Origin: Sarea resinae
Lineage: Eukaryota
DNA length: 64,000 nucleotides
Assembly: GCA_026026165.1 (NCBI GenBank)
Contig: JAPEUD010000071.1
Coordinates: 1-64,000, forward strand
Direction: 5' to 3'
Under the pieces are notes generated by a model that saw nothing but the letters and a program-made list of their open reading frames with translations, searched no databases and had not been told where the DNA came from. The first letter of the stretch is position 1, and each line of letters begins with the position of its first letter. The position numbers and the translations under genes are program-made. Positions 53,301 to 64,000 of this stretch are shown one piece after another.

Positions 53301-55508
53301 TGTGAAGAATAATCTCTGACACCTACAAGACTTAGCTGGTGATAGCCCCGAAGAGCACCTGTTGCAATCAGCCATTCAAGATAATCTCCAACGCGAAAGT
53401 GTCTGGATCTGATAAGCTCAGATATCACGTGGTAGACATTGTTCTTTTCGAGTCCAGCGAGTTCCTTGGAATTGGAAAGGAAGTTCATGAGCGCATATTG
53501 GATGCTAGTGCCGCTCCTGCTCCAGAGGCGAAGGAGGCGCGCAGTAAGGTATATTCGGTACATGCCATGTCTGTATGGTGAAGAAGCCCATTCCAAGAGG
53601 ATAAGAATGACCCCCTGGTCGCTTAGGCCGGTAGATGAACACAGCGCGGAGAGATGTCCGAGATGAAAGGGGGGGCTGGCGCTGTCAAGGATTTGAATGA
53701 TGCGGCGACGTGGAGTATCTCTGCAGACTCTTGATCTCAGTGAACCGCTAGAAAGACGGTCGAGCCGCCGGTGCCAGTCCTGTATAGCAGGAGCCAGTGG
53801 CTCGAGCGCTGGCAAAGATTCAGGCCAGATTTCTGGCAAATCGAAGCAGCCACCCCGAGATATGCTCAGCCTGGTCACAAGTTCCGACAATCGCGTTACG
53901 ATGGGGGCCAAAACGTCATTATCTTCGCTGGTTGATGCCTGCGACTCCTGAATTAGCTTTACGGTGGATTTCTGATAGGCTGGCCGCCCACCTTGTGGAG
54001 TTTGGAAAGCAGTGCCTCGCCAAGGCGCTTCTCATAACGGCGATCGCGGATCATATCTTCCCAGTAGATCTGCAAGATAAGAAGCCAGATCGGGATCGTA
54101 TCGGGCGTTGATCCTTCCAGAGATTTGAGGATAAAGTTCAGGTATTGTCTCTTATCTAATAGACATTCGGCGTAGAATTGTGATGATAGTCGTATGCTGT
54201 GAAGAACGCATGTTAGCAGATACTCCCGATGACAGAGTTGAGAGAAATTGAAAATCCTTACACATAAGTGACCCGGGCTTTCCAATTAGGAGTGCCGCAA
54301 TCACTGATGACGTGGTCGATGAACTGCTCGACAAAGAGAGTCCAGTCCCGGATATATTTTGCCTCACCTCCCATAGCGAAAGCTCCGTTGACTCCTTTTC
54401 TTTTGAAAGCGCGTATCTCATTCGCGCCGACGCATTTCGCCAGCCAAACGGCTCTCGAGGTGGGAATGTTCTTGCTTAGACACTGCTCCAATAGGACTTT
54501 GCCCCTGATCCCATGGGGAATGGTTCGGCTGAGTCGGCGTAGAGGAACGGTGCAGTTGGCCAAATCCCGAAGCCATGCTTCCCGTTTGGAGTCGGTCAAG
54601 GTAACCCTCGGTGGTGGCTTGAAGGTGGAAGGGGCTGTCACCCGATCTCGTTCCTGCCGTTGCTCCAACACCGAGACGAACAGCGACGATAATGTGTGCA
54701 CTCCTGCCTTGTGCTTGAAGATGGGTAACAACGCTGGCTTTGCCGTGCCCGTTTCACTCTGTGACACTGGGGGCTTGTCGTAGAAGCCTTGCTTGGTAGC
54801 ATTTTCGGAGAGGACGTCTTCGGCATGGTTTCCGGTCCAGGGGAAAAAGTCAGAAGTTTCTAATATCAATCAGCACTGGCATTCACCGTCGGGCAGGCTG
54901 CGGGAAGTCTTACTGTGTTTTGAGAGGTGAGGCGCGGTTGGAGGAGGCTCTAGAACGTAAGGCTTCATCGATGGGGTTTCCTTGGTCGCTTCACGCCCCG
55001 CTCGCAACTCTCTTCGATCCTTCTGTCCCTTCCTACCTCGATACATCGATGGCCTCAGAGGCAGTGGAGGAGGAGAGCGCGGTCCCGACGAAGGCACTGC
55101 TGGCGTATCTTCGGCGGCCTTTGCTGCTGACGGCGTCTCGCCATCATGGCGAAGTCTCCCAACGTTAGCAGACGTTTGGACCTTCGCTGGCGCCTGCGAT
55201 GCTTCCCGTCCCTCACTGTCTCCGCGACCGCTGCCGGGCTCATGTTGGGCTTTCACTTGTGCGAGTTTCGGAGTCGTGATGGGCGCTACCGTGGGACGGG
55301 GCACCTGCTGCTTGGAAGAAGCACGAACATCGACGACCGATTGATCGGCATCCAAGGTCAGGTCAATGATGGTCTCCGGTGGCCGTCTCAGGCCATTGCC
55401 CGCCGGGCGAGCAAAAGCGCTGGCTCGACCTGGGGCCTTTGCGATTGCGCCTCCGCCGAGCGGGGGTGGGTGAGGCCGTTGTATCCCCCCAGCAGATCGG
55501 GAAGTCAT
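50362..55508 (-). CDS. SRB8: Mediator kinase-module subunit Med12 (Srb8), multi-exon
   Basis: Med12 N-domain DFFPWTGNHAED..FKPPPRVTLTDSKREAWLRDLANCTVPLRRLSRTIPHGIRGKVLLEQCLSKNIPTSRAVWLAKCVGANE and C-terminus PFHLRPWEILPEPTPNVGINDTSLSLGLFRARKA*. Start ATG at 55508 inferred. Confidence 0.92.
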
Positions 55509-56284
55509 CACGCGAAAGATGGACTCATGTTGGCTGAAAGTGCCGTCGATATCGGATGCCTTGCTCGTCGGCGGTGTGGAGAAGCATGAAATTAGAGGGA
55601 GAAGAACAACACTCAGCAGAGAAGAAGAAGACGAAGAGGCCAGGTGGTACAGAGAGGCAAGGAAGGCATGCGGTAGATAGCGAGAATGCTGCAAACACGG
55701 TGGATAGGTGCATGTAGGGCATGTAGGGTAAGGTAATCTGCACGACTCACAGGGCTCTCACGGTGATTGGGGATGGATGGATGCTGGCTGCCACGGCCAG
55801 TGCTACGGAGTACTGCCAGTGCCAGTGCCAGTGCCAGGGCTCGTTCAGTGGGTTCGGGGGCGGGCAGGGCGGATACTTCAGTAGGGACGAAGTACACGGT
55901 ACGGGCAGGAGACACCAGACCGGGGGTGTCTCGGTGGCTCAGTCAGCGGCAGAACGGCAGATCGACGAATGGATTCACGGATCCATGGGGGGAGACACAC
56001 GCACCCTCTCTACTCTACTCACTACTACAAGTAATACTTTACTCCGTACTCGGCTCACCCGCTGCTTATCACAGGAACAGGGCATGCATCGATCGAGGCA
56101 TCACCCGCAGCGGAGCACATACATACCGAGTATAAGCCTCCGGCTCAATCGTGGGACGACCCAACCTGGAAGCACGGTGAGCTGACTAAGCCATCGAGTG
56201 GGCGCCCACCTCCACGCCAGCTTCCTTTCCATTGAATTGCCCGATGATGCATCTGCGCGGGCTCCCACTTGGTAAGGTAATGGA

Positions 56285-56331
56285 AGGTACTCGGTACTCG
56301 GTACTCGGTACTCTGTACTCTGTACTCTGTA
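56285..56331. repeat. (G/T)GTACTC 7-mer tandem repeat in the SRB8/Asterix divergent promoter; a (GCCAGT)n tract lies at 55815-55836
   Basis: Read directly. Confidence 0.85.
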
Positions 56332-56728
56332 CCTTCGTCGTACTTCACTTCGTATGGGTTACCAATTCAGTGGTCGGCTCAGTCAACGTGTAACCCCACG
56401 TAATGTGTAACTTGCCTACCTACCGAAGGAGCTGGAGCTTCCCGAGTCGATAAACAAGGTACGAAGATACCGGATCAATGAACCCTCTGCCTCGCCGTAC
56501 CCCGTCCCGTCCCGTATTCGACCCTCTAGCTACGGGGTCCCAGATCTCCAGATCCCTGACAGATGGATGATCTTATTGAACGATCCGTCTCTCGTCATAC
56601 CAAGAAAGTCAGACTCGCCCTCACCCTCGCCCTCTGCCTTCGCACTCAGAACTGTTGAACCTGCTGCATCTCGAAGAGAATCTGTCGGACGTATAGCTTC
56701 ATAGGTGATCAATCGACGGGCAGGCGCC

Positions 56729-57598
56729 ATGGCGAGCAAGAAGGACATGCGGAGGGATGACCTCGGTGAGCAAGCACCACTCCGCTCCACCCTCCCTTCT
56801 GTACCACGACGCCTGCTCAATTGGCTGGCTGACTGGCTTTCTGGCGTCTGACTGACCGTGTCTGTCCGTCTCCTGCAGTGATTCCCTATCAGGAGCCCGA
56901 GAAGGAAAAAGGCGACGGGGATATCACCAGTCTGTCGCTCCGATCACCTTGCATTCCCGTCATTTGAGCTGACAGACAGCATCAAAGGCATGATGTCGAG
57001 CACTCTGCCGATGGCGGCGGTACGTTGTCCATGGCCACCCCATTGCCATCCCCCACATCATCGACGGCCTTCTTACTGACCTGACTCGGGCTATACTTAG
57101 ATGTTCACCCGACATAAGTGCGCATGCTCCTCTCCACCCACTGGCTACTTAAACAATGAAGTCTTGCCCGTAGAATGCTGATAGCTGCTATCATTTAGGC
57201 TTATTGCTTGGTAAGAGAGTTCGAAGATATTCCTTGCTGCAATGAATTCCTCCCTAATCTTCTCCTCCTACCAGGGTCGCCCTCGTCTTTTCCTTGCAAC
57301 ACTGGCTTGCCGAAACGCGGCAGCAGAAGAAGACCGCCTCGACCCCAGGCTATTTCGCCGTCTTGATGTCCCGTACGTTTCCTGACTATGGCATGATCTC
57401 GATGAGCTGATGCTGATATACTTTCTGTAGTGATGTCTGTTGCCGTGGTTAGTCTCACGAGCTCTGCATTCCCTCGCTGGTATCAAACAACGCTTACTGA
57501 AATGTTCGCAGTCATATTTGCCCCTTTTCCTACCGCCGCCACCGGGAATGAGAGCTACCACAGGAACAGAAGCACCCGGCCCTGTACCGCTAACTTGA
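56729..57598 (+). CDS. Asterix/WDR83OS (PAT intramembrane chaperone subunit) homologue, 116 aa, 8 exons: 56729-56765, 56879-56929, 56988-57019, 57101-57117, 57199-57210, 57275-57372, 57431-57447, 57512-57598
   Basis: Spliced: MASKKDMRRDDLVIPYQEPEKEKGDGDITSMMSSTLPMAAMFTRHKLIAWVALVFSLQHWLAETRQQKKTASTPGYFAVLMSLMSVAVSYLPLFLPPPPG.. The D-x-RR-x-D..Y N-terminus and three short TMs fit the family. Exons total 351 nt in frame. Confidence 0.82.
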
Positions 57599-57681
57599 TG
57601 CACTCGGCATTACTTCAACTATCTGTATAATATCACGTCATCACTCATCCATCTAAATATCTATCCATCTATTCATGGCCC

Positions 57682-60600
57682 TCATCTTTTCCCCTTCGAA
57701 GACCTCAGACTAACTTTCCTTCCACCCCTTCCACTATCGCCACCTGTACCAGATTCCCTGACTCGCCCACTCCTCCGTTTCTGGACCCAACCCGGTCCAG
57801 TAGGTAAGCCGATGCTGTCGCTATAGTCGCCATCATCATTGTCGTCGCTCATGAGTAGTGCTGGTGGTGGTGAAGGAGGTGGAGGTTGGACGGGGTCACT
57901 GGACATTGTGAGGTCGATTACAGGAGCTGTTTCTGCTGATGAAGCGGGTGCGTGGTTGGTTGCGTGTAGAGTCACAGGAGCTGGTGCTGGGAGGGCATCG
58001 TCGTCAGCGGCGTCATCAGACTGGTCGTCGTGGACACTGCTGACGGAGTCGCGGCGTTGGTGATGAGAGGGAACGTCCGTCTTTCTTGTTGTGACTCTGC
58101 CGTTGTAGGGTGGTGATGAGGTCGTGATGGGTGGAATGGCTTCTTCTTCTGCTTCTGCTCCATCGCTGTCTTCGTCCTCTCTCCCGTCCGACGACATGCC
58201 GATGGATGTGCGAGCGGTTGAGAAGACGGCGTCGAGGGTGGGCAGTTCGTTATCCGAAGAGGCGCCATCTAGCTGGGGTCTAGATCCAAACTTTCTTGTG
58301 GGGGAATTTCGGGCTTGAGGCTGTACTGTTTCTGTTGCTGCCACGGCTACCGGATCAGGTGTGTCGGAGAGGAACAACGATTCGTGAACGGCGGGAACCG
58401 AGCGAGGCATATTCACAGATTCGTCCTCATCTGCCTCTCTATTCTTGATGTCGTCGACAGCGGGAGAGATAGCTCTTGACAGGGAGGGAATGGCAGTTAC
58501 TGCATTAAGACTACGACCATTTGTAATCTCGCTAGCGATGTTGGAGACAGCATTGCGTGACAAAGAATTTGACGATGGACTCGAACCGTGCAGAGACTCG
58601 GAAGCTCCAGCATAGCGAAACGCCGATGAAGGGCTTTCCTCCACCTCCATATCGTCATGGCTATCGGATGGGTATGTTCCATTCGCCGCATATCCCTGCG
58701 ACTCGTCCGTCGAGAGCGGACTCGCCGATCGGCTCTCGAGACCCCGGGCGAATGTCTGATCGATAATAGCGATACCTGAGCCAACACTGGACCGAAACCC
58801 CGCGTCCCTCATCAAGTCGGAATATTCATGCTGAGCCTCCTGCGTGATCGAGATCGGATCCGCTCCACTATCGCCCTGGTTGTTTTCATCGCCGCTGTTA
58901 GCTTCGATCTCAACTGCTGGAGAGACGATTCGATCATCTGCTGTACCTTCTGCGTGCTCGCTCTGGCCAATTACCTCACTCGAAGGGTCTTGCGGTGCGG
59001 AAGAAGGTTCGTCTTCAGCCGCACCTAAGAGCTTCGGATCGATAAGCTCGCCGAAAGGAAGCTCGAGAAAGCCGGCGTCTTCGGTTCCGTCGTCGTCGTC
59101 ATCGTCGTAGCCTGGCATTTCGAATTTGCCGTAAATTCTCTGTCCGGTCTCCTCATCGAACGCTCGCTCTGACTGGGGCCGGTCGCGCTTGGCGAGTCTC
59201 ATGTTCAAAGTCCCGTCTGCGAGGATCACTTCCACCTTTGATGTTCGATAGACTGAAATCTTGGGTTGCCAGCCCGTGGCTTCAGACATGTCGAGCTGCT
59301 TGAAGGTGATTACCGAGCCGGGCTGTATATCGTCCAGGCCGATGGTTTTGTATGTAGAAATGTCTGCTGGTACCGCAGGAAGGTCATCCACTCCAGGGAC
59401 ACCAGCCGAAAGCCCATCAGCATCCATCATCAGTTGACTGTTGATAGCATTTGCGTCTTGATCACTGTCAACTCGTCTGACTTTGGGTTGGAGTCCAGAC
59501 TCTCCTGGCTCATCGTAATTGAGTTCTTCGATCGCATCCTCATAATGTCCGTTCATCTCATGACCGTCGTCGTAGCCTTCTTCTTCCTCTTGATAGTAAC
59601 TTGACTGGTTCCTCTTGCGTTTCTTTCCTTTGCCGCCTCTGCGAGCGGATCTGCTGCTCGAGTATTGCTGCTGCGGATCCCAGCGCTGAACGAACGGGAA
59701 AGGTGGAGCGCTTAGTTCGACGCCATCCTCACAGCACTCCACAGCCTTCAGAATTATCTTCTTTTCCCATTCGCCATCTCCATCTTGCAACTGCTGACCT
59801 GGGGCAAGTTCGACATTTCCAGCATCATTGGTGGTATTATCGTCCGCTTTCTCGGCCACAGCGTTCTCTGTATCTTGCTTCCCCTTCGATCCTGGCCTCG
59901 CATTTTTCATCAAACCCTGCTTGATCTTCTCCTCCTCCTCCTTGGTCTTCGGAGTGCGGAGGCCTAATGAGCTGAAAAGCATGCGCCGAGAACTACTAAC
60001 ATTGAGAGTAGCACGGCGGCGTGTTGGGGCTACTACATTTGATTCGCCAGAGGTGATCGTATCAGATGTTGAAGATGCAGGGCCGTCAGCATGCGGTGCT
60101 ACATTCTGATGTTCTGTTGCCTCCTCAGGAGCCTCTTTTGTCGCTTTAGCAGTCGTGATTGGTTCTTTAGAATCGCGCGTTTTCTGCCTCTTCTTCTTCC
60201 CACTACTCGGCTCGACTTCAATCCCACCCGAAGCGATGTCTCCTAACAACTTTTGCCGTCTGGCTTCAAATTCCTCGTCTTCGTTTCGGGTCTCTGATGC
60301 GCTAGCTGGTTCTGTACTTGCATTGATAGGTGTTGATGTACCCGACTGAGCAACTTTGCTGCTTGCAAGGCCAGATATTGAGATGGCAGGTTGCGTGGCC
60401 TTCCACTTTTCGTATTCTTCGCGGTTGGCGTTAGATGGCAAGACACCTTTGCTTTTAAGAGCCTCGATTTTCCGGTGGATTCTTCGCCTCTCGTTCCGCT
60501 TCTGCGTTGCACGTTCTCCTTGGCCAGGTGGCTTTACTGATGCTGACTTCTTGGTTGGTGTTTCCTGCGGTCTCGTTGGCTCCAATTCTTTTTCGGCTGG

Positions 60601-61794
60601 CTCTTTGGCCTTCACGGGAGTCGACCGAAGTTCCGAGCCCTTGGGCTGTGGAGGTAGACGAGAAGAGAGTTGTTCAGGCTCGGAATCCGATTCTGATTCC
60701 GATTCCGATTCCGAATCCGAATCCGAGTCTTCCTCTGAAGAAGATTCATTCTCGTCGCTTTCGGAATCGCTGGACGAAGATTCCTCGGCGCTACCGCTGT
60801 CATCGCTCTCGTTGCTTGTGCCAGGCTCATCTTGCGTTCCCTCCTCATCAGTTCCTGCAGCGGCCAAATCATCGGCCATCATCGAATAGTCCCGTTCCGC
60901 CAGCGTTTCATCCTCGTCTGTCCTAAAAGCGCCAATATCAGGATCCAGGCCACTCAATATATTGTAAGAATCCTCAAATCGGACCCCCTTGTTGCTGGAA
61001 TCAGATCCTGTCCGTTCTAGGCCTTGAGATTCGGTTGATCTCTTGGTAAGTGCCCCTCTCAATTGTGTACGCCTCGACCGTCCGATTCCTTCGTCAAGGC
61101 TCTCTGCAGCTTCTAGGCCGGGTGACAAAGTCTCTGGAGATTCTTCTTCATCATCCAGCATTTGTGAGCCATCCTCCTCATCGTCTTCAGAGCCTTCTTC
61201 GGGCGAAAAATCGTCATCTTCGTCCTCTTCGTCATCCAGGTCTCCATCCCCATCAGTGATAGTCAGTTGTCTTTCTCCGAACATCGGCTCGTTGTCAGCA
61301 TCATCATCTCCACCGTAAGTGAGTCTCCTTCGCTTCCTTGGCGGTATTGTAATTGGTGGGCGATCCGCATGTCGAAGAAAAGGCCTGCCAAACGCAACTC
61401 CATCGATCAAGTGCTTGCCATCGGAGGATATTTGATGTCGTCCAGCGAGTCTCCTCATGCGTAGATCGGACGTCTGGAGTGGACGTATTCTGCCTTGTAT
61501 GAGTGGGTGTTAGAGGAAATGCGATTTCAGGACCTACGTGACTTCATCATCATCCTTGAGAACACTTTTCAGCTCTGAAAAATGGAGGCATTCAAATCCC
61601 CGAACCTCGACGATATAATCCTCTAGACCCCAGTCCTCCGCTTCGAGGGGAATGATTCCATTGACCTGGTCCAGTAGTTGCGAGATCGTGTGATTGGCGG
61701 TCGCCGATCCGTGTGTCTGCGGGAGATCTGCAACAATCCAGAGGACCTGGCTGGGGGGCAATTCATGACGGAGCACCGTCAGTCTCAGCCTCAT
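57682..61794 (-). CDS. Coilin-like protein (N-terminal ubiquitin-like domain, long acidic/basic IDR, Tudor-like domain); exons 61794-61538, 61489-57682 (1354 aa)
   Basis: N-terminus MRLRLTV..VLWIV..TISQLLDQV..VLKDDDEVTIRPL. Tudor-like IQPGSVITFKQLDMSEATGWQPKISVYRTSKV..GKFEM..FGELIDPKLL. Intron at 61490-61537. Confidence 0.75.
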
Positions 61795-63320
61795 CTTGTC
61801 GATGGTGATGTATCAATTGAGACGCATTTTGGTGTAGATGTTTGATCGAGGCAAAGCGAGGTTGCTAGCTACAGTCTACGACTACCTATGACTACGGGTC
61901 TCGACAAGGTTTCGCGAGAAGCGCCTCGCCTCGCGCGTCACACTTTAAGCGTGCTGGGTCTAGATTATTGGGCCAATATAAGGTATCTGATGGCGAAATT
62001 GGCCATTCACTGTCCATAGTATCAGGGACCATTCTTGATCGACCCTGGAATCATTCAGGTTATTGTCCATGCGGATCCGGTGAAATTGTCTGCAGTCAAC
62101 TATGTCGGCCTCACTTGCACCCGAGTGCAACGAAGTCAAGGAGTGAGTCAGCCTCGCCATGTGAACGGCATATTGAATTTAGCTAATGGCACTGCGAACA
62201 GGCGCTACGACAGCTGCTTCTTAACCTGGTACAGCGAGAGTAATATCCTTGCCGCTCTAGAATCCATGATCATTTTGACTGACATGAGAAGAATTTCTTC
62301 GAGGCAACTCCAAGACAGACGAATGCGAATCACTATTCAAGGAGTACCGATCTTGTCTAACGGTGAGCTTTGCACTCGCTCCTTGCGTCTGATCTAGAAC
62401 TATCAGCTAAATTTTGAACAGAAAGCTCTAAAGGAGAGAGGAGTTGATGAAATGATCAAGGAGGCAAGGCAAAACAGCAAAGAAGCCGACGCGGAGAATC
62501 TAAAGCGCAGCTGTAAGTCAAGCAACTCCGCATATACCTCGCTGTTGCTTATGGTACTAGAACACAAGATCTATCGTCTCCTTTGCATAATGTACATTAA
62601 CCAGGCGCTTACGGTCAAGCTCTTTCTCGTTATTCATATCTGCGGACTTCTTAAGTTTCCCCGACAGCCCTTGGGGATATTCTCGTCAAGGGGCTCAGCA
62701 TCAAGGCATGATACTGTAAGATAGGCATCAAAACATCCTAGACGAATTAAATATACCTTCATGTAGGACTTGCATTACGTTCTCCTCCTGAAATCAAGGA
62801 ATGTCATTCTCATCGCTGGCTTGGTTCTATCTGTGTCTGGAACGACTACTATTATTCTATAATGATCCCGAATATATTTATCACATTTGTTAGATAGTAA
62901 GTCAAGTTACTGAATCATATATCTGAAAGCTTAAGATCCATGCTCTCATAGAGCCTACCTATATTAAGCGTGTCGCAATAAAGCAGGCAACTAGGCATAA
63001 CCCAGTGGTGCAAGTTATAGCAGGGTTTGCCCTAGTTAAGTACCGTTTTTAACTCAAGTTCTAAGGCGTTCCTGTTGCAATAGTAGATACACTTCCAAGA
63101 GGCATTAGCAAGTTATCTGCCTCAAAGCACCAAAGCCATACGAGGCAGCCTGCCGTCAGCTCGCCTGATGTGGAGTGAAAGCCAAAAAATACTCCCAGTG
63201 CGAACCTCCCATGCGCATCCCCATGCCATACCCAGAACGCCTCACCCAGGACCCCAATCAACGCAAAACTGGCACCACATACACCAACGCATGATGAGCA
63301 ATACAAAGTCTCTAATCTAA

Positions 63321-64000
63321 TCACTTAGTGCCCCTGGCACCCGCCGGCGCGCCCGTCCGTCGCTTATTCAAGACTCTACCTACAGCATCGCGGACCTCGG
63401 GGTCAGCTCGCACGGTGTTCTGAACGAGCCAGTCTCTGAATTTGGCTTGCACCTCAGCAAGCGCTTTGTCGTCGCCGGCAAATGGCGCCATCTCCAGCCC
63501 CATCATTCGTGAGGCCTCGAGATGGGTTTGGCGGGTAGTCTGATCCAGACGGTCGAGCTGGTGGCGTTGCTGAGCTTGCGCTTGGGCCGTATTGTTTTGC
63601 GGAAGGCTGCTTGGACCGGAAAGCACGGGGCCGAGCTGCGAGAGGAAAATGAAGAAGGTGATGGTGATTTTGCGCGCCAAGGTCAGGATTTGGAAGGGGA
63701 GGTAGGCTGGGTGGGCTATCAGGGTCGTGAGGAGCGGGTTAAGGAACTTGGCGATGAGAGGTGGGAAAACGGGGCGCGATATGACGTAGAATTCGAACGT
63801 CAGTAAAGATGCAAAGGCCAGGTAGCGCCACTGATACGAATGTTAGCGAGACTATAAGGGAGAAGTCTGGATGGAAGCTCGTACGTAGCGTCCCCATTCC
63901 AGATATCCCAGCATACTCATGCCCGCCATGAAGATGGCGCTGCCCACGTAGTATGGAATGATCCCCTGGATGCCCATGGACAGGTAATCACGGATTGAAT
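63321..64000 (-). CDS. 3' part of a membrane protein resembling fungal membrane-associated DnaJ chaperones (J domain would lie outside the window)
   Basis: SIRDYLSMGIQGIIPYYVGSAIFMAGMSMLGYLEWGRY|WRYLAFASLLTFEFYVISRP..YLPFQILTLARKITITFFIFLSQLGP..WLVQNTVRADPEVRDAV. One intron at about 63833-63886. Confidence 0.62.

Noticed and set aside
55509..55694. Upstream extension of the SRB8 first-exon ORF
   Set aside because: Non-ATG start and UTR-like pyrimidine-rich sequence; ATG 55508 is preferred.
57839..61464. Numerous plus-strand ORFs antisense to the coilin-like gene (likewise inside SRB8 and the 506-aa orphan)
   Set aside because: Shadow ORFs caused by codon bias of the real gene on the opposite strand.

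Overview
Gene-dense window from a filamentous ascomycete (Pezizomycotina-type GT-AG introns with CTRAC branch points; no prokaryotic features or CRISPR). I reconstructed 18 protein-coding genes by hand. Recognisable products, in order: acetyl-CoA transporter (5'-partial), Atg29, an RBR-related RING/coiled-coil protein, a double-Myb Tay1/Teb1-type protein, Aim11-like, a Zn2Cys6 transcription factor, a Ded1-like DEAD-box helicase, a TRF/Tbf1-like telobox protein, Gdt1, Elp6, Rpl37, Med12/Srb8, an 8-exon Asterix homologue missing from the ORF track, a coilin-like protein, and the 3' part of a membrane DnaJ-type gene. The remainder are a small membrane protein and three orphans. Non-coding features are a RIP-like AT/TpA-rich patch containing a telomere-like inverted repeat, several microsatellites, and a recurrent TACTCCGTA promoter motif. 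Best leads: (1) the coilin-like protein; (2) two telomere-repeat-type Myb genes about 20 kb apart; (3) an orphan gene with an in-frame UAG followed by a coding-like extension and MSE-like promoter sites; (4) a highly structured Elp6 intron; (5) an RBR relative lacking IBR-RING2. All family calls rest on motif recognition from memory, not database searches.
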